A stretch of 60,160 nucleotides of DNA, counting the filler. It is 4 parts of 4 records of this genome, joined end to end, with 100 filler letters (N's around TTAATTAATTAA, not from the genome) between each part and the next. Parts side by side here need not be neighbours in the genome. Positions count along the whole stretch, not along the records: positions 1 to 8,364 come from DRR723986_8920; positions 8,465 to 34,687 come from DRR723986_8928; 2 more parts are not named here. The stretch is one strand, 5' to 3'. This document shows positions 1 through 12,041 of this stretch, piece after piece; the first letter of the stretch is position 1, and every line of letters begins with the position of its first letter. The position numbers were made by a program, and so were the translations under genes. Below the pieces are notes generated by a model that saw nothing but the letters and a program-made list of their open reading frames with translations, had not been told where the DNA came from and searched no databases.

Positions 1-1
1 C

Positions 2-688
2 AACCGCACCTGGGACAGCCGCTGGTACGCGAACAAGAACGAATACGGCGATCTTCTGCACGAAGATTTCCGCATCCGTGAGCTCCTGCTGAAGGAACTG
101 AAGCAGGCTGCCGTGTCCAAGGTTGTTATCGAACGCCCGCACAAGAAGTGCCGTGTGTCCATTCACTCCGGTCGTCCGGGTGTGGTCATCGGTAAAAAGG
201 GTGCCGATATCGAGCGTCTTCGCAAGAAGATCGCCGACATCACCAATTCCGAAGTGCATCTCAACATCGTTGAAGTGCGCAAGCCGGAAATCGACGCGAC
301 CCTGGTCGCCCAGTCGATTGCCCAGCAGCTGGAACGCCGCGTTGCTTTCCGTCGCGCCATGAAGCGGGCCGTTCAGTCCGCCATGCGTCTCGGTGCACAG
401 GGCATCCGTATCAACTGCGGTGGCCGTCTCGGCGGTGCGGAAATTGCGCGTATCGAATGGTACCGCGAAGGCCGCGTCCCGCTTCACACGCTGCGTGCAG
501 ACATCGACTACGGTGTTGCAAGCGCTCACACGGCTTATGGCGTGTGCGGTGTGAAGGTCTGGATCTTCAAGGGTGAAATTCTGGAACACGATCCGATGGC
601 GTCTGAGCGCCGTGCGACCGCTGCTTCCGAAGGCAACCAGGGTGATCGCGGCGGACGCCGGGATCGGGGCCGCGAGCGCGCAGCTTAA
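2..688 (+). CDS. rpsC: 30S ribosomal protein S3 (5'-truncated)
   Basis: Frame is open from base 2 ([10 protein letters not shown]...); contains [10 protein letters not shown] and [14 protein letters not shown] motifs; S10 operon order. Confidence 0.98.
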   Translation, partial: NRTWDSRWYANKNEYGDLLHEDFRIRELLLKELKQAAVSKVVIERPHKKCRVSIHSGRPGVVIGKKGADIERLRKKIADITNSEVHLNIVEVRKPEIDATLVAQSIAQQLERRVAFRRAMKRAVQSAMRLGAQGIRINCGGRLGGAEIARIEWYREGRVPLHTLRADIDYGVASAHTAYGVCGVKVWIFKGEILEHDPMASERRATAASEGNQGDRGGRRDRGRERAA

Positions 689-735
689 TTCAAGCTGCCT
701 GCCGCTCGTAACTTAAGAAAGACGAGAGAAGAACG

Positions 736-1149
736 ATGCTGCAACCGAAGCGCACAAAGTTCCGCAAGCAGCACAAGGGCCGCATCCACGGCTTGTCGAA
801 GGGAGGCACTGACCTCAACTTCGGCGCATTCGGTCTGAAGGCGATTGAGCCGGAGCGTGTTACGGCACGTCAGATCGAAGCGGCCCGCCGTGCTATGACC
901 CGCCACATGAAGCGTGCGGGTCGTGTTTGGATCCGCATCTTCCCGGACGTCCCGGTTTCCTCGAAACCTGCTGAAGTCCGCATGGGTAAAGGTAAGGGTT
1001 CTCCGGATTACTGGGCTTGCCGTGTCAAGCCAGGCCGGATCATGTTCGAAATCGACGGTGTGCCGGAAGACATTGCGCGTGAAGCCATGCGTCTTGCTGC
1101 AGCCAAACTGCCGATCAAGTGCCGCTTCGTTCAGCGTATCGGCGAGTAG
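736..1149 (+). CDS. rplP: 50S ribosomal protein L16
   Basis: [11 protein letters not shown] start and RMGKGKG motif. Confidence 0.99.
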   Translation: MLQPKRTKFRKQHKGRIHGLSKGGTDLNFGAFGLKAIEPERVTARQIEAARRAMTRHMKRAGRVWIRIFPDVPVSSKPAEVRMGKGKGSPDYWACRVKPGRIMFEIDGVPEDIAREAMRLAAAKLPIKCRFVQRIGE

Positions 1150-1170
1150 GGCAGGCGAGGAGTTAGAGCC

Positions 1171-1371
1171 ATGAAGGCTACCGATGTACGGGCTAAGACC
1201 CTCGACGAGCTCCGCAGTGAGCTTGAAGGCCTGAAGAAAGAGCAGTTCAACCTGCGCTTCCAGCGGGCTACGGGTCAGCTTGAAAACACTGCGCGTGTCC
1301 GGCAGATCCGCCGTGATATCGCGCGTATCCAGACGATCATGCGCGAAAAGCGCGTGTCGGCGAACGCGTAA
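1171..1371 (+). CDS. rpmC: 50S ribosomal protein L29
   Basis: [18 protein letters not shown]...RRDIARI; position after rplP. Confidence 0.98.
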   Translation: MKATDVRAKTLDELRSELEGLKKEQFNLRFQRATGQLENTARVRQIRRDIARIQTIMREKRVSANA

Positions 1372-1381
1372 GGAGACGGCC

Positions 1382-1612
1382 ATGCCGAAGCGTATCCTGC
1401 AGGGCACCGTTGTCAGCGACGCCAATGACAAGACGGTGACGGTGAATGTGGAGCGCCGCTTCACGCACCCGCTGCTGAAGAAGACTGTGCGCCGGACCAA
1501 GAAGTACCGCGCACACGACGAAACCAACCAGTACAAGGTTGGCGACATTGTTCAGATCGAAGAATGCGCGCCGATCTCTAAAAACAAACGTTGGACCGTG
1601 GTCGCTCAGTGA
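1382..1612 (+). CDS. rpsQ: 30S ribosomal protein S17
   Basis: ATG at 1382 after [19 protein letters not shown] and PISKNKRW motifs. The ORF-track start at 1280 is too far upstream. Confidence 0.98.
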   Translation: MPKRILQGTVVSDANDKTVTVNVERRFTHPLLKKTVRRTKKYRAHDETNQYKVGDIVQIEECAPISKNKRWTVVAQ

Positions 1613-1681
1613 CCGCGCTCCATTCAGTGAGCATCAGGCGCCCGTGACCCGAGCGCCATCAGAAGAACAAGGCAGCCAGTC

Positions 1682-2050
1682 ATGATTCAGATGCAAACAA
1701 ACCTCGACGTCGCGGATAATTCCGGCGCTCGTCGTGTCATGTGCATCAAAGTGCTCGGCGGCTCCAAGCGTAAATATGCCCAGGTAGGCGACATCATCGT
1801 CGTCTCCGTGAAAGAGGCAATTCCGCGGGGCCGCGTTAAGAAGGGCGACGTGATGAAGGCTGTCGTCGTGCGCACGGCAAAGGATATCCGCCGTCCCGAT
1901 GGCAGCGTGATCCGGTTCGACCGCAATGCGGCCGTGCTGGTCAACAACAACAAGGAGCCGATCGGCACCCGTATCTTCGGACCGGTACCGCGCGAACTCC
2001 GTGCAAAGAACCATATGAAAATCATTTCGCTCGCGCCGGAGGTGCTCTGA
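1682..2050 (+). CDS. rplN: 50S ribosomal protein L14
   Basis: [16 protein letters not shown] start and SLAPEVL end. Confidence 0.99.
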   Translation: MIQMQTNLDVADNSGARRVMCIKVLGGSKRKYAQVGDIIVVSVKEAIPRGRVKKGDVMKAVVVRTAKDIRRPDGSVIRFDRNAAVLVNNNKEPIGTRIFGPVPRELRAKNHMKIISLAPEVL

Positions 2051-2367
2051 TGGCTGCGAAAATTAAAAAAGGCGACACGGTGGTTGTGCTGACCGGCCGT
2101 GACAAGGGTAAGTCCGGCGAAGTCATCCAGATGCTGCCGGCTGACAACAAGGCCCTGGTCCGCGGCATCAACATGGTTCGCCGCCACCAGAAGCAGACCC
2201 AGACGCAGGAAGCAGGCATCGTGGCCAAGGAAGCCCCGATTCACCTTTCCAACGTTGCACTGGCCGATCCGAAGGACGGCAAGGCGACCCGCGTCGGCTT
2301 CAAAGTGCAGGACGATGGCACCAAGGTCCGTGTGGCCAAGCGTTCGGGAGACCTGATCGATGGCTGA
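2050..2367 (+). CDS. rplX: 50S ribosomal protein L24
   Basis: KOW motif [26 protein letters not shown]. Confidence 0.99.
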   Translation: MAAKIKKGDTVVVLTGRDKGKSGEVIQMLPADNKALVRGINMVRRHQKQTQTQEAGIVAKEAPIHLSNVALADPKDGKATRVGFKVQDDGTKVRVAKRSGDLIDG

Positions 2368-2917
2368 GACCACTAACGTGCCGCGTCTCAAGACGCATTA
2401 TGACGAAGTTGTGCGCAAGCAGCTTCTGGAGAAGTTCCAGTACAAGAACGTCATGCAGGTTCCGCAGCTGGAAAAGATTGTCCTCAACGTCGGTGTCGGC
2501 GAAGCGGTCAGCGATTCCAAGAAGGCGCGTATCGCAGCTGACGACCTGGCACTGATTGCCGGTCAGAAGCCGGTGATCACCAAGGCGAAAAAGTCGATCG
2601 CAACCTTCAAGGTTCGCGAAGGCATGCCGCTTGGTGCAAAGGTTACCCTGCGCCGCCAGCAGATGTTCGAATTCCTGGACCGTCTGATCACCATCGCGCT
2701 GCCGCGCGTACGTGACTTCCGTGGTCTGAACCCGAAGAGCTTCGACGGTCGCGGCAACTACGCCATGGGCATCAAAGAACACATCGTGTTCCCGGAAATC
2801 GAGTACGACAAGGTCGACCAGATCTGGGGCATGGACGTGATCATCTGCACCACGGCGCCGAATGACGACGAAGCACGCGAGCTTCTGCGCGCGTTCAACT
2901 TCCCGTTCACGAAGTAA
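2360..2917 (+). CDS. rplE: 50S ribosomal protein L5
   Basis: LPRVRDFRG and FDGRGNY motifs. Confidence 0.99.
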   Translation: MAETTNVPRLKTHYDEVVRKQLLEKFQYKNVMQVPQLEKIVLNVGVGEAVSDSKKARIAADDLALIAGQKPVITKAKKSIATFKVREGMPLGAKVTLRRQQMFEFLDRLITIALPRVRDFRGLNPKSFDGRGNYAMGIKEHIVFPEIEYDKVDQIWGMDVIICTTAPNDDEARELLRAFNFPFTK

Positions 2918-2938
2918 CGGGCAAGGAAGGGATCGACG

Positions 2939-3244
2939 ATGGCGAAGAAAAGCGCAATCGAGAAGAACAAGCGCCGCGAGAAGCTTGTAAAGAAATACGC
3001 TGAGAAGCGCGCCGCCCTGAAGGCACTGGCTAAAGATGAAAGCCTGTCCCTGGAAGAGCGGTACAACGCACGCCTGAAGCTGGCAAAATTGCCGCGGAAT
3101 TCCGCGCCGAACCGTGTTCGCAACCGTTGCGAAGTGTCCGGCCGTCCGCGCGGTTTTTACCGCAAGCTAAAGATGTCGCGTATTGCGCTTCGTGAACTGG
3201 GCTCCCTGGGTAAGATCCCGGGCCTGGTCAAGTCGAGCTGGTAA
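2939..3244 (+). CDS. rpsN: 30S ribosomal protein S14 (long, non-zinc form)
   Basis: [12 protein letters not shown] and IPGLVKSSW motifs; 101 aa with a single Cys. Confidence 0.99.
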   Translation: MAKKSAIEKNKRREKLVKKYAEKRAALKALAKDESLSLEERYNARLKLAKLPRNSAPNRVRNRCEVSGRPRGFYRKLKMSRIALRELGSLGKIPGLVKSSW

Positions 3245-3256
3245 GGAGAAACTCCG

Positions 3257-3655
3257 ATGGCAATTTCTGATCCGTTGGGGGATATGCTGACCCGCATTCG
3301 CAACGCGCAGATGCGTCGCAAGAACAAGGTCAGTTCACCAAATTCCAAATTGCGCGCACATGTACTTGATGTGCTCGCAAAAGAGGGGTACATCCGTGGC
3401 TACACCACGGTTGAATACGAGGGCGGTAAGTCCGAGTTGGAAATCGAACTGAAGTATTTCGACGGTGAACCGGTTATCCGCACGATTGAACGTGTGTCCA
3501 AGCCGGGCCGCCGCGTGTACTCGTCGGTGAAAAACATCCCGCATGTCTCTAATGGCCTGGGCGTGTCGATCATTTCGACTCCGCGTGGTGTCATGAGCGA
3601 CCATCAGGCGCGGGACGAAAACGTAGGTGGTGAGGTTCTTTGCCGCGTCTTCTGA
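3257..3655 (+). CDS. rpsH: 30S ribosomal protein S8
   Basis: [17 protein letters not shown] and GGEVLC motifs. Confidence 0.99.
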   Translation: MAISDPLGDMLTRIRNAQMRRKNKVSSPNSKLRAHVLDVLAKEGYIRGYTTVEYEGGKSELEIELKYFDGEPVIRTIERVSKPGRRVYSSVKNIPHVSNGLGVSIISTPRGVMSDHQARDENVGGEVLCRVF

Positions 3656-3696
3656 TGCGGCATCCTCACTTTTAAAACAACGACAAGGTTGGTCAT

Positions 3697-4230
3697 ATGT
3701 CTCGTATTGGCAAAAAGCCAGTCCCCGTGCCAAGCGGGGTAACGGCATCGATCGACGGTCAGACTGTTACGATCAAGGGCCCGAAAGGCGAAAAGTCTTT
3801 CGTGCTCAATGATCTTGTCCTGGCCGAAATGACGGATGATGGGATCAAAATCGATCCGTGCAACAGCTCCAAGCCGGCTCGCTCCATGTGGGGCATGAGC
3901 CGCACCATGGTCGCGAACCTGATCACTGGCGTAACCGAGGGCTTCAAGAAAGACCTCGCCATCACCGGTGTCGGTTATCGCGCTCAGGTCCAGGGCAAGA
4001 ACCTTCAGCTGGCGCTCGGTTTCTCTCATGACGTTGTCTATCCGATCCCGGATGGTATCGATATCGTGTGCCCGAAACCCACGGAAATCAACATCACCGG
4101 TACCGACAAACAGCGCGTCGGTCAGGTTGCTGCTGAAATTCGTGAATTCCGCCCGCCGGAGCCCTACAAGGGCAAAGGCGTTCGTTATGCAGGCGAGTTC
4201 ATCGTCCGCAAAGAAGGCAAGAAGAAGTAA
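3697..4230 (+). CDS. rplF: 50S ribosomal protein L6
   Basis: MSRIGKKP start and PEPYKGKG motif. Confidence 0.99.
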   Translation: MSRIGKKPVPVPSGVTASIDGQTVTIKGPKGEKSFVLNDLVLAEMTDDGIKIDPCNSSKPARSMWGMSRTMVANLITGVTEGFKKDLAITGVGYRAQVQGKNLQLALGFSHDVVYPIPDGIDIVCPKPTEINITGTDKQRVGQVAAEIREFRPPEPYKGKGVRYAGEFIVRKEGKKK

Positions 4231-4242
4231 CGGACCCAGATC

Positions 4243-4605
4243 ATGGCGAACAGCAAACAAGCTTTCGAGCGCCGCCGCGATCGCGTGCGCCGTTCGATTC
4301 AGAAAGCCGCGAACGGTCGTCCGCGCCTTTCTGTCTTCCGCTCGTCGAAGCAGATCTACGCCCAGATCATCGACGATGCGAAGGGACATACGATTGTCTC
4401 TGCTTCAACGATCGAAACAGATCTCAAGAGCAGCCTGAAAACGGGCGCCGACGTCGCTGCAGCCGCAGCCGTTGGCAAGCTTGTCGCCGAGCGTGCTGCT
4501 GCCGCTGGCGTAAAGCAGGTCGTGTTCGACCGTGGCGGGTACCAGTATCATGGGCGCGTAAAAGCGCTTGCTGATGCAGCCCGTGAAGGTGGACTTGAAT
4601 TCTGA
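4243..4605 (+). CDS. rplR: 50S ribosomal protein L18
   Basis: RPRLSVFRS and [12 protein letters not shown] motifs. Confidence 0.99.
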   Translation: MANSKQAFERRRDRVRRSIQKAANGRPRLSVFRSSKQIYAQIIDDAKGHTIVSASTIETDLKSSLKTGADVAAAAAVGKLVAERAAAAGVKQVVFDRGGYQYHGRVKALADAAREGGLEF

Positions 4606-4646
4606 CCAGCGCCCGTTGGCGCTCTTAAGAACGGAAGACGTATAAT

Positions 4647-5213
4647 ATGGCGAGACAAGAAAATCGCGATCGCGACGAGCGAGACAGCGAATTCGTCGAC
4701 AAGCTCGTTCACATCAACCGCGTTGCGAAAGTGGTCAAGGGTGGCCGTCGTTTCGGCTTCGCAGCACTCGTTGTGGTTGGTGACCAGAAGGGCCGCGTCG
4801 GCTTCGGTCATGGCAAGGCGCGTGAAGTGCCGGAAGCCATCCGTAAGGCAACTGAAGCAGCAAAGCGCACGATGATCCGTGTACCGCTTCGCGAAGGCCG
4901 GACCCTCCACCACGATGTGGAAGGCCGTCACGGCGCTGGCAAGGTTCTGCTTCGTGCAGCTCCGGCCGGTACCGGTATCATCGCAGGCGGTCCGATGCGT
5001 GCCGTTTTCGAAACGCTCGGCGTCCAGGACGTTGTGGCCAAGTCTCTGGGGACTTCCAACCCCTACAACATGGTGCGTGCAACTTTTGCTGCGCTGACCA
5101 AGGAAGACAGCCCGCGTTCCGTCGCTGCCCGCCGTGGCCTGAAGGTCTCTGTGCTGCAGTCCCGCCGTCGTGACAACAACGATGAGGCGGCTTCGGCTGC
5201 CGCTGAGGCTTGA
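4647..5213 (+). CDS. rpsE: 30S ribosomal protein S5
   Basis: [14 protein letters not shown] and GTGIIAGG motifs. Confidence 0.99.
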   Translation: MARQENRDRDERDSEFVDKLVHINRVAKVVKGGRRFGFAALVVVGDQKGRVGFGHGKAREVPEAIRKATEAAKRTMIRVPLREGRTLHHDVEGRHGAGKVLLRAAPAGTGIIAGGPMRAVFETLGVQDVVAKSLGTSNPYNMVRATFAALTKEDSPRSVAARRGLKVSVLQSRRRDNNDEAASAAAEA

Positions 5214-5254
5214 CCTTAGCGGCTCCGGTCCCCAGCTGAGAGAGGGTATGTTCC

Positions 5255-5452
5255 ATGGCGAACACCGAAAAGACTGTCACGGTCGAACAGATCGGCAGCC
5301 CGCTGCGCCGTCCTAAGGACCAGCGCGCGACGCTCGTCGGTCTCGGCCTGAACAAGATGCACCGCCGTTCCACACTGAAGGATACTCCTGAAGTGCGCGG
5401 CATGATCAATAAGGTCCAGCATCTCGTTCGCGTCGTCGAAGACAACGCGTAA
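5255..5452 (+). CDS. rpmD: 50S ribosomal protein L30
   Basis: [10 protein letters not shown]...[11 protein letters not shown]. Confidence 0.98.
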   Translation: MANTEKTVTVEQIGSPLRRPKDQRATLVGLGLNKMHRRSTLKDTPEVRGMINKVQHLVRVVEDNA

Positions 5453-5475
5453 GAACGGGGTGAGGAGAAACGAAC

Positions 5476-5943
5476 ATGAAGCTCAATGAACTTCGTGACA
5501 ACGAAGGTGCCGTAAAAGACCGCATGCGTGTGGCTCGTGGCATCGGGTCCGGCAAGGGCAAGACTGGTGGCCGTGGTGTCAAAGGTCAGAAGTCCCGTTC
5601 CGGCGTTGCCATCAAAGGCTTTGAAGGCGGTCAGATGCCGCTTCACCGCCGTCTGCCGAAGCGCGGCTTCACGAACATTTTTGCCAAGGACTACAACACT
5701 GTGTCCGTTGGCCGTGTTCAGAAGGCGATTGATGCAGGCAAGCTGAATGCGTCCGAGACGGTTACCGTCGAAGCGTTGAAGGCAGCAGGCGTTGTCAAGC
5801 GGGTCCGTGACGGTGTGCGCATCGTTGCCAACGGTGAACTCACCGCTGCAGTGACCTTTGAAGTTGCTGGTGCCTCCAAGGGCGCTGTTGCAGCGATCGA
5901 AAAAGCAGGCGGCAAGGTTGCCGTTCTGGGAGCTCAGGCTTAA
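5476..5943 (+). CDS. rplO: 50S ribosomal protein L15
   Basis: [10 protein letters not shown] and [17 protein letters not shown] motifs. Confidence 0.99.
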   Translation: MKLNELRDNEGAVKDRMRVARGIGSGKGKTGGRGVKGQKSRSGVAIKGFEGGQMPLHRRLPKRGFTNIFAKDYNTVSVGRVQKAIDAGKLNASETVTVEALKAAGVVKRVRDGVRIVANGELTAAVTFEVAGASKGAVAAIEKAGGKVAVLGAQA

Positions 5944-5990
5944 CAGCCTGGGCTTCACCCATTTCTTGGGCAAGCATTCCGGAGTAGGGC

Positions 5991-7322
5991 ATGGCATCGG
6001 CCGCCGAGCAACTGGCGTCAAATCTCAATTTCTCAGCTTTCGCCAAGGCTGAAGAACTCAAAAAGCGCATCTGGTTCACACTGGGGGCGCTTTTGGTTTA
6101 TCGACTGGGCACTTACATTCCCTTGCCCGGCATCAATCCGGACGCCTTTGCGCAGGCCTTCAATCAGGCCCAGTCCGGCATCATCGGCATGTTCAACATG
6201 TTTGCCGGCGGTGCTGTCGAGCGCATGGCGATCTTCGCTCTCGGCATTATGCCGTATATTTCCGCCTCCATTATCATGCAGCTCATGACGACCGTCGTAC
6301 CGACGCTCGAGCAGATGAAGAAGGAAGGCGAGCAGGGCCGCAAGGTCATCAACCAGTACACGCGCTACGGCACTGTTATCCTGGCGGCTTTCCAAGCTTA
6401 CGGTATCGCAGTTGGTCTGGAAGGTGCGACCAATGTGGTTGCCGATCCGGGCTGGTTCTTCCGCGCGTCAACTGTTCTGACGCTTGTCGGCGGTACCATG
6501 TTCCTGATGTGGCTCGGTGAGCAGATCACATCGCGCGGTATCGGTAACGGTATTTCGCTGATCATCTTTGCCGGCATTGTCGCCGGTCTGCCGGTCGCGC
6601 TGGTCAACGTGCTTGAACTCGGCCGCCAGGGCTCGATGTCGACGATCCTGATTCTCGGCATCCTGATACTGGCTGTTGTGGTGATCGCACTGATCGTGTT
6701 CATGGAACGTGCTCAGCGCAGACTGCTGATTCAGTATCCTAAGCGCCAGATGGGCAATCGCATGTTCGAGGGCAACACCTCGTTCCTGCCGCTCAAGCTC
6801 AATACTGCCGGTGTGATTCCACCGATCTTCGCTTCTTCCCTCTTGCTGGTTCCTGCCACCATCGGCGGCTTCAGTCAGGGTTCGGGCAATGAGTGGCTGA
6901 CGTATATCACTGCGGCGCTTGGTCACGGCCAGCCGTTGTTCATGGTGTTCTACGCAGCGATGATCGTGTTCTTCTGTTTCTTCTATACTGCGATCGTTTT
7001 CAATCCGAGCGACACTGCGGACAACCTGAAGAAACACGGCGGTTTCATTCCCGGGATCCGTCCCGGCGAGCGTACAGCGCAGTATATCGACTATGTTCTG
7101 ACGCGCATTACGGTGGTCGGTGCAATTTACATCACCGTCGTTTGTCTATTACCCGAATTCCTTATTTCGGCGACAGGCGTTCCGTTCTATTTCGGTGGCA
7201 CCTCTTTGTTGATTGTCGTAAGCGTGACGATGGATACCGTGTCACAGATCCAGGGGCATTTGCTTGCGCACCAATATGAGGGTCTGGTGAAAAAAGCGAA
7301 ATTAAGTGGGAGGCGTCGATGA
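5991..7322 (+). CDS. secY: Preprotein translocase subunit SecY
   Basis: [32 protein letters not shown] and GGTSLLIVV motifs; multiple hydrophobic segments. Confidence 0.99.
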   Translation: MASAAEQLASNLNFSAFAKAEELKKRIWFTLGALLVYRLGTYIPLPGINPDAFAQAFNQAQSGIIGMFNMFAGGAVERMAIFALGIMPYISASIIMQLMTTVVPTLEQMKKEGEQGRKVINQYTRYGTVILAAFQAYGIAVGLEGATNVVADPGWFFRASTVLTLVGGTMFLMWLGEQITSRGIGNGISLIIFAGIVAGLPVALVNVLELGRQGSMSTILILGILILAVVVIALIVFMERAQRRLLIQYPKRQMGNRMFEGNTSFLPLKLNTAGVIPPIFASSLLLVPATIGGFSQGSGNEWLTYITAALGHGQPLFMVFYAAMIVFFCFFYTAIVFNPSDTADNLKKHGGFIPGIRPGERTAQYIDYVLTRITVVGAIYITVVCLLPEFLISATGVPFYFGGTSLLIVVSVTMDTVSQIQGHLLAHQYEGLVKKAKLSGRRR

Positions 7323-7915
7323 GGCTTATTCTGGTTGGACCGCCAGGAGCGGGGAAGGGGACACAGGCCGCGCACCTCGTTGCGAAATACGCGATCCCGC
7401 AGCTCTCCACCGGAGACATGCTGCGGGCCGCAGTGGCCGCCCAGACCCCGGTAGGCGTTAAAGCCAAGGAAGTCATGGACGCAGGTGGTCTCGTATCGGA
7501 TGAGATCGTTGTCGGTATCATCCGCGACCGGATCGCCGAAGAAGATGCCAAGAACGGATTCATTCTTGATGGTTTTCCCCGCACGCTCGCCCAGGCCGAA
7601 GCGCTTGACGAGATGCTGGAAGCAAACAGCCTCAAGCTGAACGCCGTCATCGAACTGCGTGTCGACCAGTCGAAGCTGGTCGATCGGATCATCAAGCGCG
7701 CCGCTGATGCACAGGCTGCTGGTCAGCCCGTGCGCAAGGACGATGATCCGGAAGTCTTCAAGCAACGCCTTGAAGCCTACAACCGCGATACCGCAGTTGT
7801 TGTGCCGTATTACGAGAAGACAGGTCTTCTTTCCGTGATTGACGGTATGCAGTCCATTGATGAAGTGACGGCTTCAATAGATTCCGTTCTTCAAGGACTT
7901 GACGAAAAGGTTTAG
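7319..7915 (+). CDS. adk: Adenylate kinase (short form without a full LID domain)
   Basis: [10 protein letters not shown]-loop, STGDMLR, LDGFPR and RKDD motifs; ATGA overlap with secY. Confidence 0.98.
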   Translation: MRLILVGPPGAGKGTQAAHLVAKYAIPQLSTGDMLRAAVAAQTPVGVKAKEVMDAGGLVSDEIVVGIIRDRIAEEDAKNGFILDGFPRTLAQAEALDEMLEANSLKLNAVIELRVDQSKLVDRIIKRAADAQAAGQPVRKDDDPEVFKQRLEAYNRDTAVVVPYYEKTGLLSVIDGMQSIDEVTASIDSVLQGLDEKV

Positions 7916-7927
7916 AGCCGTTAAACG
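7899..7927 (+). promoter_or_regulatory. Putative sigma70 promoter of the alpha (rpsM) operon
   Basis: TTGACG (7899-7904), 17-nt spacer, TAAACG (7922-7927); a -10 element lacking the final T is common in Alphaproteobacteria. Confidence 0.55.
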
Positions 7928-7949
7928 ACCCGCTCTACCTTACAGTTAA

Positions 7950-8076
7950 GCCGGTTCCATGTAAGTGGGGCCGGCATTCTCTGTGCCGGGGTTACCCCGG
8001 CATTTTCGTACCCGCAAGGGCCGGACTCCACCGGACGCGGGCATTACAACCTGCGGCAAGACCATGGTCTCGCTGC
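7950..8076 (+). promoter_or_regulatory. Structured 5' leader of rpsM (several hairpins)
   Basis: Stems at 7950-7975 (GTAA loop), 7984-8002, 8011-8020 (GCAA loop), 8021-8034 and 8053-8076. Confidence 0.5.
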
Positions 8077-8094
8077 GTAATCATGGAGACGAAC

Positions 8095-8364
8095 GTGGCA
8101 CGTATTGCTGGCGTTAACATCCCGACGAACAAGCGCGTTGTCATCGCGCTTCAGTACATTCACGGCATCGGCGCGAAGTTCGCGCAGGAAATCATCGAAA
8201 AGAACAACATCGATGCTGCCCGCCGTGTGAACGAGCTTTCCGACGCAGAAGTTCTGTCCATCCGCGAAACCATCGACCGCGATTACCTCGTTGAAGGTGA
8301 CCTGCGTCGTGAGACCGCGATGAACATCAAGCGTCTGATGGACCTTGGCTGCTACCGCGGCCTG
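8095..8364 (+). CDS. rpsM: 30S ribosomal protein S13 (3'-truncated by contig end)
   Basis: GTG at 8095 after [13 protein letters not shown]...EGDLRR...LGCYRGL. Confidence 0.98.
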
Positions 8365-8464
8365 NNNNNNNNNNNNNNNNNNNNNNNNNNNNNNNNNNNN
8401 NNNNNNNNTTAATTAATTAANNNNNNNNNNNNNNNNNNNNNNNNNNNNNNNNNNNNNNNNNNNN
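8365..8464. other. Artificial contig linker (N44-TTAATTAATTAA-N44)
   Basis: Synthetic spacer with stops in all six frames; rpsM is cut off and sequence style changes across it. Confidence 0.99.
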
Positions 8465-8465
8465 A

Positions 8466-8494
8466 GGCAACTCAAGGTGAATAACTGAGTTGCC
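8466..8494. terminator. Inverted repeat downstream of carB, possible terminator
   Basis: GGCAACTCA-N11-TGAGTTGCC; any T tail on the minus strand would fall beyond the contig edge. Confidence 0.4.
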
Positions 8495-8606
8495 CTGAAA
8501 TCAAGCAGTAGCCGTTGGCCTAAGCGCTCACCATCCTGCGCTCACTCGGACAGCCTGATGCTGGCACGTACCAGTTCCGAGCCGCGTCTGAGTAGGCTGC
8601 CGAATG

Positions 8607-11600
8607 TTACTGGCCGATTCGTTCTTGCAGCGATTCGACAGTCAGTTCCTCGGTGCGAAGCGCTTCCATGGCTCGGACCGCGGCTGTTGCCGCTGCCATG
8701 GTCGTGATGCAGGGGACACCGTTTTGAACAGCGGCGGCACGAATACGCCCTTCGTCTGTCCGAGCTCCCTTGCCGTTCGGAGTGTTGATGATCAACGACA
8801 CATCCTCATTCTTGAGGTAGTCGATCAAGTTGGGCGAGCCTTCGGCGATCTTCTTCGTGCGGGTTACGGGAATGCCCGCTTCTTCGATGACAACGGCTGT
8901 TCCGGGAGTTGCCAACAGCGGGAAACCCATCTCGTGCAGAGCTTTCGCCATGTCCGGAATGCCATGCTTGTGGCGCGAATTCACACTGATGAAGATATTG
9001 CCTTCGGTGGGCAGCACCACGCCAGCAGCCAATTGACTCTTGGCGAATGCGATCGAGAATCGCTCGCTAATCCCCATCACTTCCCCGGTGCTTCGCATTT
9101 CGGGTCCGAGCACGATGTCGACGCCGGCGAATTTGCGGAACGGGAAGACGCTCTCCTTGATCGAAACCTGTTTGGGTGTCGGTTCGCTGGTAATCCCCAG
9201 GTCGGCAAGAGTCTTCCCAGTCATCACTTTGGCGGCAAGCTTAGCCACTGCAACACCGGTGGCTTTAGCCACAAACGGAACCGTCCGACTAGCACGAGGA
9301 TTCACCTCAATGACGTAGACGTTGGCAACTCCATCTTCGCTCTTCACAGCGAATTGAACGTTCATCAAACCAATCACGTTCAGCTTCAGAGCCATCTGGC
9401 ATGTTGCCCGGCGTATTTCATCTACGACCTCGTCCGGCAGACTGTAGGGTGGAATCACGCAAGCGGAGTCACCGGAGTGGACCCCCGCTTCTTCAATGTG
9501 TTCCATGATTCCCATCACCTGGACGGATTGTCCGTCGCACAGGGCATCCACGTCAACTTCGATGGCGTCCTCCAGGAATCGATCGATCAGGACTGGTTGA
9601 CCTTCGGCGACGATGAACGCCTCCGCAACGAAGCGCTCGAACTGCGCTTTGTCGTAGCAAATCTCCATCGCACGACCGCCAAGCACGAAGCTCGGGCGTA
9701 CCAATGCTGGAAAGCCAACCTTCTTCGCCTCGACGCGTGCTTGGGCCATGGTGCGAGCAATGGCGTTCGCTGGCTGCTTTAAGCCCAGTGTTTCTAGCAA
9801 CTGCTGGAATTTCTCGCGATCTTCAGCCGCCTCAATGGTATCGACGCTGGTTCCGATGATGGGAACACCGGCGGAAGAGAGTGCTCTTGCCAGATTTAGA
9901 GGCGTTTGGCCGCCGAACTGGACTATGACACCATCGGGCTGCACGGCGTCGCAGATGTTCAGAACGTCTTCGGTGGTCAGTGGCTCGAAGAAGAGAATGT
10001 CGCTGGTGTCGTAATCGGTCGAAACCGTCTCCGGATTGCTGTTCACCATAATCGACTCAATGCCAAGTTCGCGGAGTGCGTAACTTGCGTGGCAACAGCA
10101 GTAGTCGAACTCGATCCCTTGGCCAATGCGATTGGGCCCGCCGCCGAGGATCATGACGCGTTTCTTGCCGGGAGCTTTGGGCGGCGCCTCAGTCTCGTCC
10201 TCGTAGGAACTATAGAAGTACGGCGTGTAGGCTTCAAATTCGGCTGCGCAGGTATCAACCGCCTTGTATGTGGCCACGATGCCGTGCTGCTTCCGCCATT
10301 GTCTGACCTCCAGTTCATCACTACCGAGCAAGTTGGCCAACTGCCGATCCGAGAATCCGAATTCTTTCGCCAGCTTGATATCGGCTGCTTCGGCGGCATC
10401 GAGTGACGCAACACCGCGCATGTGGTCTTCCATCTCGACCAGTTCGGCCAAGTGGTCGAGGAACCACGGGTCAATGCCGGTGATCTCGTAGATTTCTTTG
10501 GTCGAGAAGCCAAACTTCAGGGCGTATCGAAGGTACCAAACGCGATTGGCATTCGGCACCGAGAGCTTGCTGCGAATCTCATCTTCGTCTGGCTGAAGGT
10601 CGGTGCCCCAGAGATCTTTGTTGTCACAGCCAAAGCCGAACGCGCCGACTTCGAGTCCACGAAGTGCCTTTTGAAAAGATTCCTTGAATGTTCGACCGAT
10701 TGCCATCGTCTCGCCGACGCTTTTCATCTGCGTCATCAAGGTCGCGTCAGCCTCGGGAAACTTCTCGAATGCGAACCTTGGAATCTTTGTAACGACGTAG
10801 TCAATTGTTGGCTCGAAGCACGCCTTGGTCTTTTGCGTGATGTCGTTGGGAAGCTCCCACAGCCGATAGCCAACTGCCAGCTTAGCGGCAATCTTTGCAA
10901 TCGGGAAACCGGTCGCTTTACTAGCCAGTGCGCTCGAGCGGCTGACTCGAGGGTTCATTTCGATGACAATCATCCGTCCGGTGTCGGGATGAATTGCGAA
11001 CTGGATGTTGGATCCTCCAGTCTCAACGCCAATCTCGCGGATAACGGCCAAGGAGGCGTCCCGCATTCGTTGGTATTCTTTGTCCGTCAGCGTTTGGGCG
11101 GGTGCGACGGTGATCGAATCTCCCGTGTGCACACCCATCGGATCAAAGTTCTCGATGGAGCAGATGATGACGACATTATCGTCGCGGTCACGCATGACCT
11201 CCATCTCGTACTCTTTCCACCCAATGATGGATTCCTCAATGAGTACTTCGGTGACGGGCGATTGCTGCAGTCCGTTTCGCACCAGCGATTCATAGTCGTC
11301 GCGGTTGTACGCGATCGCCGACCCACTGCCACCCATCGTAAAGCTTGGGCGAACGACGCATGGCAAGCCGATATCGGTCAGAGCTGCTTGGGCCTCTTCG
11401 ATCGAGTGGACGACTTCCCCTCGGCAAACATCAAGCCCGATTTTCTCCATCGCCTCTTTGAACTGATCTCGCTCTTCGGCTTTGGCGATCACGTCCGGAT
11501 TGGCCGCAATCATCTCCACGCCGTACTTCTCGAGAACACCGTTGGCTGCCAAATCCATGGCAACGTTCAATCCGGTTTGGCCGCCGAGCGTGGGCAAGAG

Positions 11601-11855
11601 TGCGTCCGGCCGCTCTTTTTCGATGATCTTCGAGACGACTTCCCAGGTCAGCGGTTCGATATAAGTTCGTTCTGCGGTGCCAGGGTCGGTCATAATGGTC
11701 GCAGGATTACTGTTGACCAAGACAACCTCGTAGCCTTCTTCGCGAAGCGCCTTACATGCTTGGGTGCCAGAGTAATCGAACTCGCAGGCCTGACCAATCA
11801 CGATCGGACCGGAACCGATGATCATGATTTTCTTGATGTCTTCTCGCCTTGGCAC
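8607..11855 (-). CDS. carB: Carbamoyl-phosphate synthase large subunit
   Basis: Likely GTG start ([29 protein letters not shown]); duplicated ATP-grasp halves (EMNPR and EVNPR); C-terminal MGS domain. Confidence 0.99.
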   Translation of the reverse strand: MPRREDIKKIMIIGSGPIVIGQACEFDYSGTQACKALREEGYEVVLVNSNPATIMTDPGTAERTYIEPLTWEVVSKIIEKERPDALLPTLGGQTGLNVAMDLAANGVLEKYGVEMIAANPDVIAKAEERDQFKEAMEKIGLDVCRGEVVHSIEEAQAALTDIGLPCVVRPSFTMGGSGSAIAYNRDDYESLVRNGLQQSPVTEVLIEESIIGWKEYEMEVMRDRDDNVVIICSIENFDPMGVHTGDSITVAPAQTLTDKEYQRMRDASLAVIREIGVETGGSNIQFAIHPDTGRMIVIEMNPRVSRSSALASKATGFPIAKIAAKLAVGYRLWELPNDITQKTKACFEPTIDYVVTKIPRFAFEKFPEADATLMTQMKSVGETMAIGRTFKESFQKALRGLEVGAFGFGCDNKDLWGTDLQPDEDEIRSKLSVPNANRVWYLRYALKFGFSTKEIYEITGIDPWFLDHLAELVEMEDHMRGVASLDAAEAADIKLAKEFGFSDRQLANLLGSDELEVRQWRKQHGIVATYKAVDTCAAEFEAYTPYFYSSYEDETEAPPKAPGKKRVMILGGGPNRIGQGIEFDYCCCHASYALRELGIESIMVNSNPETVSTDYDTSDILFFEPLTTEDVLNICDAVQPDGVIVQFGGQTPLNLARALSSAGVPIIGTSVDTIEAAEDREKFQQLLETLGLKQPANAIARTMAQARVEAKKVGFPALVRPSFVLGGRAMEICYDKAQFERFVAEAFIVAEGQPVLIDRFLEDAIEVDVDALCDGQSVQVMGIMEHIEEAGVHSGDSACVIPPYSLPDEVVDEIRRATCQMALKLNVIGLMNVQFAVKSEDGVANVYVIEVNPRASRTVPFVAKATGVAVAKLAAKVMTGKTLADLGITSEPTPKQVSIKESVFPFRKFAGVDIVLGPEMRSTGEVMGISERFSIAFAKSQLAAGVVLPTEGNIFISVNSRHKHGIPDMAKALHEMGFPLLATPGTAVVIEEAGIPVTRTKKIAEGSPNLIDYLKNEDVSLIINTPNGKGARTDEGRIRAAAVQNGVPCITTMAAATAAVRAMEALRTEELTVESLQERIGQ

Positions 11856-12041
11856 TTCGTCGCTTCCAATCGCTGATTCGCCCATGGCCAGGCTCTGAAT
11901 CACCAGAGCGGCAGGCATTTGGGCGGAAGGGTCGAAAAATAAAATTTCCCAAAAGTATCATGTGATACGATGTTTTGCCAAGGACCCATCGAATCGACTT
12001 CCAGTCATGAACATCGATTCACAGCCACAGGAATTGGAATA

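Noticed and set aside
2939-7915. Zinc-free S14 and LID-less adenylate kinase
   Set aside because: Both are ordinary variants in Alphaproteobacteria.
8604-11876. Long plus-strand ORFs (392 and 484 aa) antisense to carB
   Set aside because: Shadow ORFs of a conserved gene in GC-rich DNA, with no recognisable motifs.
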